A DNA stretch of 64,000 nt from an uncultured Solirubrobacterales bacterium (GTDB lineage: Bacteria; Actinomycetota; Thermoleophilia; Solirubrobacterales; 70-9): assembly GCA_963817065.1 (NCBI GenBank), contig CAWFMO010000002.1, forward strand, positions 559,745-623,744. The letters run 5' to 3'. Of this stretch, positions 44,889 through 53,836 are shown in pieces. Each line of letters opens with the position of its first letter. Position 1 is the stretch's first letter. Below the pieces are notes generated by a model that was not told the DNA's origin, made no database searches, and saw only the letters and a list, made by a program, of their open reading frames with translations. Both the position numbers and the translations under genes were made by a program.

Positions 44889-45128
44889 GTGGCGCTGGCT
44901 TCAGCGATCTCGGCTCCGAGCGCGGGAGCGTTGACCTACACCGCCAGGGCCGGCAAGTCCGGCAAGACGAGCGGCAAGGGCGCCTTCGCGGCCGGGACCG
45001 GCAAGATCGGAAGGGCGAAGCGGAGCCTGCGAAGCGTCGAAGTCACGGTCGACCAGGCCGGGGTCAAGACCACGGACCGGGTAGTGCTCTACACCGCCAA
45101 GCAGGGCAAGACCGGAAGCGCGAAGTAG
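44889..45128 (+). CDS. Small Lys/Gly-rich hypothetical protein
   Basis: 79-aa ORF with a GTG start. No motif and no clear RBS. Confidence 0.3.
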   Translation: MALASAISAPSAGALTYTARAGKSGKTSGKGAFAAGTGKIGRAKRSLRSVEVTVDQAGVKTTDRVVLYTAKQGKTGSAK

Positions 45129-45135
45129 CGCTCGC

Positions 45136-45924
45136 CTAGCCCTCGGGCAGCGCGTAGATCGCGATCGCGGCGAAGTGGGCCGCGGCGGCGGCGATCACCA
45201 GCAGGTGGAAGATCTCGTGGTAGCCGAAGGTCGCCGGGCGCGGGTCGGGCCGCTGACGCGCGTAGACGACGGCGCCGATCGTGTAGAGGATGCCGCCGAA
45301 CGCGATCAGGATCGCGGCGCCGGCGTCGGTGTTGGCGACGATCGCCGGGAACGCGATCGCTCCGATCCAGCCGACCGCGAGGTAAACGCCCGCTGTCGCC
45401 CACTTCGGCGCCTCAATCCAGATCAGCTCGACCACGATCCCGGCCAGGGCTCCGGCCCAGACCGCGATCAGCAGCGCGTCGGCGAACGGCCCGTCGAGGA
45501 CCAGGACCAGGAACGGGGTCACGGTGCCGGCGATCAGGACGAAGATCATCGAGTGGTCGAGCCGCCGCATCCAGCGGCGGACGTTCGGGCTCTTCCAGTC
45601 GATCCGGTGGTAGAGGGCGCTCGTCCCGAGCAGCGCCGACAGCGAGCCCGCGTAGATCGCGACCGACGCCGTCGCCTCGGCGCCGTCGGCGGCGATCACC
45701 AGCGCCGCGCCGCAGCCGAGCGAGAGGAAGAACGCCCACTCGTGGGTGACGCCGCGCAGCCGCGGCTTGACCTTCGCGATCGCCTCGGCGGCGCCCTCGC
45801 GCGCGGCGGCCGCCATCTCGGCGGTGTTCTCGCGCGCGGTCGTCATCTTTTCCGCCGCGCCATCGCGGGCGGCGGTCATCCGTTCGGCGGCGCGTTCCCG
45901 CGCATCTCGTGCTCGCTCGGCCAT
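45136..45924 (-). CDS. Hemolysin III / PAQR-family membrane protein with N-terminal 11-mer repeat extension
   Basis: Start moved to ATG 45922-45924. Motifs HEWAFFLSL, YHRIDW, LDHSMIFVLIAGTVTPF and HEIFHLLVIAAAAAHF, with 7 TM segments. Confidence 0.9.
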   Translation of the reverse strand: MAERARDARERAAERMTAARDGAAEKMTTARENTAEMAAAAREGAAEAIAKVKPRLRGVTHEWAFFLSLGCGAALVIAADGAEATASVAIYAGSLSALLGTSALYHRIDWKSPNVRRWMRRLDHSMIFVLIAGTVTPFLVLVLDGPFADALLIAVWAGALAGIVVELIWIEAPKWATAGVYLAVGWIGAIAFPAIVANTDAGAAILIAFGGILYTIGAVVYARQRPDPRPATFGYHEIFHLLVIAAAAAHFAAIAIYALPEG

Positions 45925-45993
45925 CGCAGCCCAGGTTACTCCGGGTGGACCCGGGAGTTGTCTATTTGCGCGCGCGCCCTTAATCTCTCCGCC

Positions 45994-47448
45994 GTGGAGG
46001 TCGCGGGCTGGAGCGGGAGGCGCGCCGCCGCGGTGCTGGCAATCGCCGCGGCCGGGCTGACCTCGGCTTGCGCCGCTTCGAGCGCCGAGGCTCTCGCGCC
46101 GGCGCCCGCCCCGCAGGCCCACCAGGGCAGCCAGCCCCACGTGTCCGGCGAGCTCCTGGTCAGGTTCGACAGGGGGACGCCGCTCGCGACTGTCGAGGAG
46201 ATCCTGCGCGGGATCGGGGTCCGAGCCGAGGTCGAGCGCTGGTTCGAGGTCGTTCCCCGGCTCGCGCTGCTCGAGCTGCCCCCGGGGCTGCCGGTCGCCG
46301 AAGCGGTCGAGCTGCTCGAAGCGCTGCCGATCGTCTCCTACGCGGAGCCCAACTTCCTCAGCCGGACGAGCGGAACCGCAGACGACACCTACTTCCCCCA
46401 GCAGTGGGCGCTCGCGAACGCCGGCACGCCGGGGGCCGACGTCGCGGCGGCGCGGGCGTGGGACGGGGTCACCGGGTCGCCGGCGATCAAGCTCGCGATC
46501 ATCGACACAGGGCTCGCCGGATCGCATCCGGACATCGCGCCCAACTACGTGAACGGGATCGATCTGACGAAAGATCCGCCGGTCCCGAGCCACACCGACG
46601 CAGCCGGCCACGGGACGATGGTCGCCGGTGTCGCGGGGGCGATGGGCAACAACGGGATCGGGATCGCCGGCGTCGCCTGGCGGATCGGGCTCGTCGGCCT
46701 CAAGGTCGACGAAGGCAGCGGCTACCTGCCGGTCGACAAGACGCTGCTCGCCCTCCAGTACGTCGACTGGGCCGGGATCCCGGTCGCCAACATCGCGTTC
46801 CAGCACCACGGGTTCAGCGAGGCCGAATATCAGGCGATCAACGCGCTCGCCGGGAAGACGACGGTCGTCGTCAGCGCCGGCAACAACGGGATCGACGTCG
46901 ATCAGTACCCGATCTACCCCTGCTCGTACGCCGGCGAGACGAGCCGACCGGCGCCGTTGAACCTGATCTGCGTCAGCTCGACCGACAGGTACGACCAGCG
47001 CGTCGGCGACGTCAACTTCGGGTCGCGCACGATCGGGATCTCGGCCCCGGGGCTCCACGTCTTCACCACCTGGACCCCGCCCGAGTACTACACCGTCGCC
47101 AGCGGGACTTCGGTCGCGGCGCCGTTCGTCAGCGCCGCGGCGGCGCTCGTGCTCCAGCGCTTCCCCGGGACGACTCCCTACGGGATCGTCAAGCACCTGA
47201 AGGAGACCGGCGATCCGCTCCCGACCCTGAACGGCTACACGCAGAGCGGGCGCCGGCTCAACGTCTGGCGCGCGGTCGGCTCGCCGCCGCCGCCGGAGCC
47301 GCCCGCCGGTAGCGCCCCGCAGCGATCACGCTGCTCGAAACTCCGTGGCGCGAAGCGCAAGCGATGCGTCTGCAAGACGCGTAAACGCCGCAAAGCGTCG
47401 CGCTGCTCGCGCCGCGGACCGGGCAAGAAGGTCAAAGCTCGAAGCTGA
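45994..47448 (+). CDS. Secreted subtilisin-like (S8) serine protease with I9 propeptide and four-Cys polybasic tail
   Basis: - GTG start gives VEVAGWSGRRAAAVLAIAAAGLTSACA.
- Catalytic triad contexts AIIDTGL, HGTMVAGVAGA, GTSVAAPFVS.
- Tail CSKLRGAKRKRCVCKTRKRRKASRCSRRGPGKKVKARS. Confidence 0.9.
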   Translation: MEVAGWSGRRAAAVLAIAAAGLTSACAASSAEALAPAPAPQAHQGSQPHVSGELLVRFDRGTPLATVEEILRGIGVRAEVERWFEVVPRLALLELPPGLPVAEAVELLEALPIVSYAEPNFLSRTSGTADDTYFPQQWALANAGTPGADVAAARAWDGVTGSPAIKLAIIDTGLAGSHPDIAPNYVNGIDLTKDPPVPSHTDAAGHGTMVAGVAGAMGNNGIGIAGVAWRIGLVGLKVDEGSGYLPVDKTLLALQYVDWAGIPVANIAFQHHGFSEAEYQAINALAGKTTVVVSAGNNGIDVDQYPIYPCSYAGETSRPAPLNLICVSSTDRYDQRVGDVNFGSRTIGISAPGLHVFTTWTPPEYYTVASGTSVAAPFVSAAAALVLQRFPGTTPYGIVKHLKETGDPLPTLNGYTQSGRRLNVWRAVGSPPPPEPPAGSAPQRSRCSKLRGAKRKRCVCKTRKRRKASRCSRRGPGKKVKARS

Positions 47449-47478
47449 GACCGGCGCACGCTCCGTCTACCGAGTATT

Positions 47479-49041
47479 GTGCTCACGGTGGAGGTCGCCG
47501 GCTTGATCTGGAGCAGGAGGCGAGCCGCCGGGGTGCTGGGTATCGCCGCGGCCGGGCTGGCCTTGGCCTGCGCTCCCGCTGGCGCGGCTGAGCTCCGCGA
47601 GCAACCGGCTCCCAGGGCCGACACGGAGAGCCGGCCCCACGTCCCGGGCGAGCTCCTGGTCCGGTTCGACAAGGGCACCCCGCTCCCCGCCGTCGAGGAG
47701 ATCCTGCGCGGGGTCGGTATCGGCGGCCGGGTCGAGCGCTGGTACGACATCGTCCCCCGCCTCGCGCTGCTCGACCTGCCCCCCGGGCTCCCGGTCCGCC
47801 CCGCGATCGATTTGCTCGAGGCGCTGAACATCGTCTCCTACGCGGAGCCGAACTGGGTCAGCCACGTCGACGCGTCGGCGAACGACTACTACTTCTCGCA
47901 GCAGTGGGGGCTCCGGAACACGGGGGCCCCGACCTTCGGCAACAGCGGATTGAGCGCCGGCAAGCCGGGCGCCGACGTGATGGCGACCCGGGGCTGGGAC
48001 GGGGTCAACAGCGCGCCGGGGATCTACCTGGCGATCATCGACACCGGGCTCGCCGGCTCGCATCCCGACATCGCCCCCAACTACCGCGGCGGCATCGACA
48101 TCACCAAGAACCCGCCGGTCACAAGCCACACCGATGCGCACGGCCACGGGACGATGGTCGCCGGCGTCGCGGGCGCGGTCGGCAACAACGGGATCGGGGT
48201 CGCCGGGGTCGCCTGGAAGATCGGGCTGATCGGGCTCAAGGTCGACGAGGGCAGCGGCTATCTGCCGCTCGACAAGACGCTGCTCGCCTACCAGTACCTG
48301 AGCTGGTCCGGGGTCCAGGTCGCGAACATCGCCTTCGGCCACCACGGGTTCAGCGAGGCCGAGTACCAGGCGATCAACGCGCTCGCGAACAAGACGACGA
48401 TCGTCGTCAGCGCCGGCAACAACCGCGTCAACGTCGATCCCTGGCCCCTCTTCGGGTCGCCCGTGTTCCCCTGCTCGTACGCGGGCGGGATCGTCAGGCT
48501 GCCGCCGCCGAACCTGATCTGCGTCAACTCGACCGACAAGTACGACCAGCGCGTCCCGAGCCACAACTGGGGCCCGCTGACAGTCGGGCTCTCCGCGCCG
48601 GGGCTCGAGGTCGTCACGACCTGGAACCCGCCCTACAACTACGTGCTCGCGAGCGGGACGTCGGTCGCGGCGCCGTTCGTCAGCGGCGCGGCGGCGCTCG
48701 TCCTCCAGCGCTTCCCGGGGACGACGCCGCCCGGGATCGTCGCCCATCTCAAGGAGACCGGCGATCCGCTTCCGAGCCTCAACGGATACACGCAGACCGG
48801 CAAGCGGCTCAACCTCTGGCGCGCGCTCGGCTCTCCGCCGGCCCCGCCCGAGCCGAGGACGGCGTCCGCACCCGCCGCCGTTCCAACCGCGGCGAAGCGA
48901 TCCGCCGGCGGCTGCACGAACGCCCGCGCGGGGGCGCGCAGCAAGTGCTCCTGCAAGAAGAAGAAGCAGCGCCGGGCCTCGCGCTGCTCGAGCCGCGTCG
49001 CATCGCGCAAGGTCGGATCACGCGCCAAGCGCTCCCGCTAG
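47479..49041 (+). CDS. Secreted subtilisin-like (S8) serine protease, tandem paralog, four-Cys polybasic tail
   Basis: MLTVEVAGLIWSRRRAAGVLGIAAAGLALACA. Same triad contexts as the upstream paralog. Tail CTNARAGARSKCSCKKKKQRRASRCSSRVASRKVGSRAKRSR. Confidence 0.9.
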   Translation: MLTVEVAGLIWSRRRAAGVLGIAAAGLALACAPAGAAELREQPAPRADTESRPHVPGELLVRFDKGTPLPAVEEILRGVGIGGRVERWYDIVPRLALLDLPPGLPVRPAIDLLEALNIVSYAEPNWVSHVDASANDYYFSQQWGLRNTGAPTFGNSGLSAGKPGADVMATRGWDGVNSAPGIYLAIIDTGLAGSHPDIAPNYRGGIDITKNPPVTSHTDAHGHGTMVAGVAGAVGNNGIGVAGVAWKIGLIGLKVDEGSGYLPLDKTLLAYQYLSWSGVQVANIAFGHHGFSEAEYQAINALANKTTIVVSAGNNRVNVDPWPLFGSPVFPCSYAGGIVRLPPPNLICVNSTDKYDQRVPSHNWGPLTVGLSAPGLEVVTTWNPPYNYVLASGTSVAAPFVSGAAALVLQRFPGTTPPGIVAHLKETGDPLPSLNGYTQTGKRLNLWRALGSPPAPPEPRTASAPAAVPTAAKRSAGGCTNARAGARSKCSCKKKKQRRASRCSSRVASRKVGSRAKRSR

Positions 49042-49082
49042 GGCCCGGGTTCGCCCAATCTCCGGGCTTAAGTCTCGGGCGG

Positions 49083-49132
49083 CACGCTATATGTAGTGGG
49101 GGCCCATTTGGTCTCACACACCACCCCTAGTA
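49083..49132 (+). promoter_or_regulatory. Two candidate NrdR boxes upstream of nrdR-nrdJ
   Basis: CACGCTATATGTAGTG (49083-49098) and CACACCACCCCTAGTA (49117-49132). The first is an AT-rich imperfect palindrome with CAC...GTG arms, resembling the NrdR-box consensus as I recall it. The second is weak. Confidence 0.4.
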
Positions 49133-49144
49133 CCATGGGCGGCA

Positions 49145-49690
49145 GTGAACTGTCCCTCGTGCAGCTCCCCCACCCGCACCCTCGAGACCCGCGCGGCCGA
49201 GGACGGCGCCGTCGTGCGCCGGCGGCGCGAGTGCCGCGAGTGCGGGCGGCGGTTCACGAGCTTCGAGCGCCGCGAGCTCGAGCCGGGCTGGGTCGTGAAG
49301 CGCGACGGCGAGCGCCAGCCCTTCGACCGGACCAAGCTCCGCGCCGGGCTGATCCGCGCGACCCACAAGCGCCCGGTCTCCGACCACGACGTCGAGGAGC
49401 TCGTCAACCGGATCGAGGAGGAGTGCGAGCGCTCCGGCGGCGAGCTGCCGGCCGAGCGCGTCGCCGCGCTCTCGCTCGAGGGCCTCGGCGCCCTCGACGC
49501 CGGCGCCTATCTGCAGTTTGCGGGAGTCGAGCTCGAGGATCCGATCGCGATCCGCAAGGCCCTCGACCGGCTCGAGTCCGGAAAGCCAATTAACCCCGCA
49601 AATCGCGGACAAACCGCGACGAAAGTCCGTCCGGCTCGAAGCGCAAGATCCGGTGTTACCCCCAAACGCCGAAAAAGAGGAGACGGATAG
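49145..49690 (+). CDS. nrdR: Transcriptional repressor NrdR
   Basis: MNCPSCSSPTRTLETRAAEDGAVVRRRRECRECGRRFTSFE Zn-ribbon plus an ATP-cone (VVKRDGERQPFDRTKL). Confidence 0.95.
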   Translation: MNCPSCSSPTRTLETRAAEDGAVVRRRRECRECGRRFTSFERRELEPGWVVKRDGERQPFDRTKLRAGLIRATHKRPVSDHDVEELVNRIEEECERSGGELPAERVAALSLEGLGALDAGAYLQFAGVELEDPIAIRKALDRLESGKPINPANRGQTATKVRPARSARSGVTPKRRKRGDG

Positions 49691-52516
49691 ATGGCAAAGG
49701 CCGCAGCGAAGACCCCGAGGACGACCAGCAAGGGCCTTGTCATAGAGCGCCGCTTCTCAACCGAAGGCGTCCATCCCTTCGACGAATTCGAGTGGGAGAC
49801 CCGCGACGCGCTGATCGGCGACCCCGCCGCGCCGGCTTTCGAGCAGCGCGGGATCGAGTTCCCGACGACCTGGTCCCAGAACGCGACCAACATCGTCGCC
49901 CAGAAGTACTTCCGCGGCCGTATCGGATCTCCCGAGCGCGAGAGCTCGGTCAAGCAGATGGTCGGCCGCGTCGCCGGCACGATCGCCCAGTGGGGCCGCG
50001 ACGGGGGCTACTTCGCGAGCGAGGCCGACGGCGACGCCTTCGAGGCCGAGCTGACCTCGATCCTCGTCAACCAGAAGGCGGCCTTCAACTCGCCGGTCTG
50101 GTTCAACGTCGGCTTCGAGGAGCACCCGCAGTGCTCGGCCTGCTTCATCCTGAGCGTCGAGGACACGATGGAGTCGATCCTCGAGTGGAACACCAAGGAG
50201 GGGACGATCTTCCGCGGCGGCTCGGGGTCGGGGATCAACCTCTCCAACATCCGCGGCTCGAACGAGCACCTCGGCAAGGGCGGCACCGCCTCGGGCCCGG
50301 TCAGCTTCATGCGCGGCGCCGACGCCTGGGCGGGGACGATCAAGTCCGGCGGCAAGACGCGGCGCGCGGCGAAGATGGTCGTCCTCGACGTCGACCATCC
50401 GGACATCGAGCACTTCATCCGCTGCAAGGCCGACGAGGAGGAGAAGGCGGGCGCGCTCCGCGACGCCGGCTTCGACATGTCGATCGACGGCGAGGGCTTC
50501 ACCTCGATCCAGTACCAGAACGCCAACAACTCGGTCCGGGTCACCGACTCGTTCATGGAGATGGTCGAGACCGACGGCCAGTGGAAGCTCGTCAACAGGG
50601 TCGGCGGCGATACGGCCAAGGAGCTGCCCGCCACGGACCTCATGCACCAGATCTCCGAGGCGGCCTGGAAGTGCGCGGATCCCGGCGTCCAGTACGACAC
50701 GACGATCAACAACTGGCACACCTGCCCGGAGTCGGGGCGGATCAACGCCTCCAACCCATGCTCCGAGTACATGCACGTCGACGACTCGGCCTGCAACCTC
50801 GCATCGCTCAACCTGATGCGGTTCCGGAACGAGGACGGGACCTTCGACGTCGCCGACTTCGAGCACGCGGTCGACATCGTCCTGCTCGCCCAGGAGATCG
50901 TCGTCAGCCCCTCGAGCTACCCGACCGAGGAGATCGGCGACAACGCGCGCGCCTTCCGCCAGCTCGGCCTCGGCTACGCCAACCTCGGCGCGCTGCTGAT
51001 GTCGGACGGCGTCCCCTACGACTCCGACGAGGGCCGCGCGGTCGCCGCCGCGATCACCGCGCTGATGACCGGCCGCGGCTACCGCCGCTCGGCCGAGATC
51101 GCCGCCGCGATCGGCCCCTACGACGAGTACGGGAAGAACCGCGAGCCCCACAACAAGGTGATGCGGATGCACCGCGACGCCTCGTACGAGATCCCCGACG
51201 GCTTCGTCGAGGAGCCGCTGCTCGCCGCCGCGCGGCAGAGCTGGGAGGACGCGGTCGAGCTCGGTGAGCGCCACGGCTACCGCAACGCCCAGGCGACGGT
51301 CCTCGCCCCGACCGGGACGATCTCGTTCCTGATGGATTGCGACACGACCGGGATCGAGCCCGACTTCTCGCTGGTCAAGTTCAAGGAGCTGGTCGGCGGC
51401 GGGCAGATGACGATCGTCAACCAGTCGGTGCCGCTGGCGCTGCGGACGCTCGGCTACAACGAGCCCGAGATCGAGCAGATCGAGGCGCACATCGCCTCCG
51501 AGTCGACGATCATCGGCGCCCCGGCGCTCAAGGACGAGCACCTGCCGGTCTTCGACGTCGCGGTCGGCGAGCGCGCGATCAGCCACACCGGCCACATCGA
51601 CATGATGGCCGCCACCCAGCCGTTCATCTCGGGCGCGATCTCGAAGACGGTCAACCTGCCCGAGACGGCGACGGTCGAGGACATCGCCGACGCCTACACC
51701 CGCGGCTGGAAGGGCGGCCTCAAGGCGCTCGCGATCTACCGCGACGGCTCGAAGACGGCGCAGGCGCTGCGCACCGACGCCCAGGACTCAAAGGGCGAGA
51801 GCGAGGAGGAGGACGCGCCGAAGCCGCTGCGCCGCAAGATGCCGCGCGAGCGCGAGTCGATCACCCACAAGTTCAACATCGCCGGCCACGAGGGCTACAT
51901 CACCGCCGGCAAGTACGAGGACGGCACGCTCGGCGAGATGTTCCTCACCGACATCGGCAAGGAGGGCTCGACGATGCGCGGGCTGATGAACGCCTTCGCG
52001 ACCGCGATCTCGGTCGGCCTCCAGTACGGCGTGCCGCTCGAGACCTTCGTGCGCAAGTTCAGCTACATGCGCTTCGAGCCGGAAGGGATCACCCGCAACC
52101 CCGAGATCCCGTTCGCCAAGTCGCTGCCCGACTACATGATGCGCTGGCTCGCGAGCCGCTTCATCGACGACGAGGCGACGCTCGAGGACCTCGGCATCCT
52201 GACCGCCGAGATCCGCGCCAAGCGCGAGGCCCAGCAGGCCCTGCCGATCACCCAGGAGGGCCCCAAGCCCACCAACGGCGGCAACGGCAAGAGCTCAAAC
52301 GGCCACACCGAGGGCAACGGCAACGGCGGCGCGGCGATCCCCTCGGGCGAGTCCCAGGCTCCGACCAAGGCCTTCACCGAGACCCCGCCGGTGATCCCGG
52401 CGAAGATGGAAGGCCTCGAGCTCGGCCCGGCCTGCGATCAGTGCGGCGGGATGATGCAGCGGACCGGCTCTTGCTACACGTGCTCGAGCTGCGGCAACAA
52501 CACCGGCTGCGGCTGA
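49691..52516 (+). CDS. nrdJ: Adenosylcobalamin-dependent (class II) ribonucleotide reductase
   Basis: 941 aa with NPCSEYMH, TISFLMDCDTTGIEPDF and KTVNLP motifs, and a C-terminal CDQCGG...CYTCSSCG Zn-finger. The ATG abuts the nrdR stop. Confidence 0.95.
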   Translation: MAKAAAKTPRTTSKGLVIERRFSTEGVHPFDEFEWETRDALIGDPAAPAFEQRGIEFPTTWSQNATNIVAQKYFRGRIGSPERESSVKQMVGRVAGTIAQWGRDGGYFASEADGDAFEAELTSILVNQKAAFNSPVWFNVGFEEHPQCSACFILSVEDTMESILEWNTKEGTIFRGGSGSGINLSNIRGSNEHLGKGGTASGPVSFMRGADAWAGTIKSGGKTRRAAKMVVLDVDHPDIEHFIRCKADEEEKAGALRDAGFDMSIDGEGFTSIQYQNANNSVRVTDSFMEMVETDGQWKLVNRVGGDTAKELPATDLMHQISEAAWKCADPGVQYDTTINNWHTCPESGRINASNPCSEYMHVDDSACNLASLNLMRFRNEDGTFDVADFEHAVDIVLLAQEIVVSPSSYPTEEIGDNARAFRQLGLGYANLGALLMSDGVPYDSDEGRAVAAAITALMTGRGYRRSAEIAAAIGPYDEYGKNREPHNKVMRMHRDASYEIPDGFVEEPLLAAARQSWEDAVELGERHGYRNAQATVLAPTGTISFLMDCDTTGIEPDFSLVKFKELVGGGQMTIVNQSVPLALRTLGYNEPEIEQIEAHIASESTIIGAPALKDEHLPVFDVAVGERAISHTGHIDMMAATQPFISGAISKTVNLPETATVEDIADAYTRGWKGGLKALAIYRDGSKTAQALRTDAQDSKGESEEEDAPKPLRRKMPRERESITHKFNIAGHEGYITAGKYEDGTLGEMFLTDIGKEGSTMRGLMNAFATAISVGLQYGVPLETFVRKFSYMRFEPEGITRNPEIPFAKSLPDYMMRWLASRFIDDEATLEDLGILTAEIRAKREAQQALPITQEGPKPTNGGNGKSSNGHTEGNGNGGAAIPSGESQAPTKAFTETPPVIPAKMEGLELGPACDQCGGMMQRTGSCYTCSSCGNNTGCG

Positions 52517-52586
52517 GGCGGACCTGACAGAGCGAGACCGCCTGCGGGAAGGCGCGGAGGCAAGTCTCCGGCATCCGCTCTCGCTG

Positions 52587-53231
52587 ATGCTCCTGGCGCT
52601 GACCTTCACCGCCGGGATGGTCGACGCGGCGAGCTTCCTCGGGCTCGGCCAGGTCTTCACCGCAACCCTCAACGGCAACGTGCTGCTGCTCGGCTTCGGG
52701 ATCGCCGGGGGGTTCGGGCTACCGATCCTGGCGCCGCTCGTATCGCTGGCGGCGTTCCTCGCCGGCGCCGGCGCCGGCGGCGCGCTGCTACAGCGAGGTG
52801 GGGACCACACCCGTCGCGTGACGATCGAGCTCGCGGTCGAGTTCGCCGCGTTCGCGCTTGCCGGTGGCCTCGCGATCGCCTTCTCGCTCGACGGCGGCGG
52901 GGTCACCGACGCCATCGTGATCGCGGTGCTCGCGTTCGCGATGGGGATGCGCACGGTTCTCGTCCTGCGGATCGCGGTCACCGACATGGTCACGACACTC
53001 GTCGCGATCCCGCTGACCGTTCTCGCCGCCGATCTGCTCGGTACCGGTCATCCGAGCGCCAATCCGCTGCGCAAGGTCGCGGTCGTCGTCGCGCTGCTGG
53101 CCGGGGCGATCGCCGGCGCCGTGCTGCTCAAGTCGAGCCTCGGTTTGGTGCTGCTGGTCTGCGCGGGGCTGACCGCGGCGACCGCGCCCACCTACCTGCC
53201 CTGGGCGAGCCGCAACGTGAGGTCGAGCTAG
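52587..53231 (+). CDS. DUF1275 / YoaK-family membrane protein (start may be upstream, e.g. CTG 52524)
   Basis: LLALTFTAGMVDAASFLGLGQVFTATLNGNVLLLG, with 6 TM segments. Confidence 0.8.
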   Translation: MLLALTFTAGMVDAASFLGLGQVFTATLNGNVLLLGFGIAGGFGLPILAPLVSLAAFLAGAGAGGALLQRGGDHTRRVTIELAVEFAAFALAGGLAIAFSLDGGGVTDAIVIAVLAFAMGMRTVLVLRIAVTDMVTTLVAIPLTVLAADLLGTGHPSANPLRKVAVVVALLAGAIAGAVLLKSSLGLVLLVCAGLTAATAPTYLPWASRNVRSS

Positions 53232-53509
53232 GAGCTCGAGGCGCCCTCGACCGCGCGTGCGAGCTCGTCCTTGCTCATCTTCGAGCGGCCCTTGATGTCG
53301 AGCTTCTGCGCCTGCTCGTAGAGCTGGTCGCGGGTCATCTCAGCGCCGTCGGTCTGCGGGGGGACCTTGTCGGCGAGGGCCTGGGCGCGCTCCTCGGGCG
53401 ATCGCGTCTGGGGCTCGGCGAGATCGAGGCGGTCCTTGAGCAGCTCGCGCAGCAGCGCGGCGATGCCGACCAGCACTCCGACGCGGGCAAAGAATCTCAG
53501 CAGGCTCAC
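53228..53509 (-). CDS. Small membrane-anchored protein with C-terminal Rho_N/HeH-like motif
   Basis: N-terminal TM helix FFARVGVLVGIAALL. The C-terminus TRDQLYEQAQKLDIKGRSKMSKDELARAV resembles the Rho N-terminal helix-extended-helix. Confidence 0.55.
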   Translation of the reverse strand: MSLLRFFARVGVLVGIAALLRELLKDRLDLAEPQTRSPEERAQALADKVPPQTDGAEMTRDQLYEQAQKLDIKGRSKMSKDELARAVEGASSS

Positions 53510-53554
53510 AGCAGTTGATTATCCACCCCGCCGCAGGGCGAAACGTCGACGAGG

Positions 53555-53752
53555 CTAGAGCTCGGCGGAAACGCCGTTGCTCGAAGGCTGCTCCGGGCCG
53601 ATCGCGGTCGGAATCCAGCGGCCGGCGGAGCCGAGCGAGGGCCCGCCCGCGACGATGTCGAAGCATCCGGAGCAGAGCTGGAGGCCGGCGGAGTTGCGGT
53701 AAGCGCTCTCGTCCAGCGGCCCCAGGCACTGGATACAGCGGCTCTCTTCCAT
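53555..53752 (-). CDS. Small Cys4 zinc-ribbon-like hypothetical protein
   Basis: MEESRCIQCLGPLDESAYRNSAGLQLCSGCFDIV... (65 aa). This is the only part of the 402-aa track ORF that is not antisense to the dehydrogenase gene. Confidence 0.35.
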   Translation of the reverse strand: MEESRCIQCLGPLDESAYRNSAGLQLCSGCFDIVAGGPSLGSAGRWIPTAIGPEQPSSNGVSAEL

Positions 53753-53836
53753 GCGGCGCTCCGACACTTGCGGATGTCCTACCCGGAAGGCCGTAGACAA
53801 AACGCGTACGGCTGGAAGCGGCGTAGGAGGATCCAG

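Noticed and set aside
45925-47196. The upstream part of the minus-strand 686-aa ORF 45136..47196, and 47467..48747 (-)
   Set aside because: Antisense to the two S8 protease genes. Only the last 262 codons (hemolysin III) are real.
49757-51595. Minus-strand 612-aa ORF and other frames across nrdJ
   Set aside because: Antisense to a textbook class II ribonucleotide reductase.
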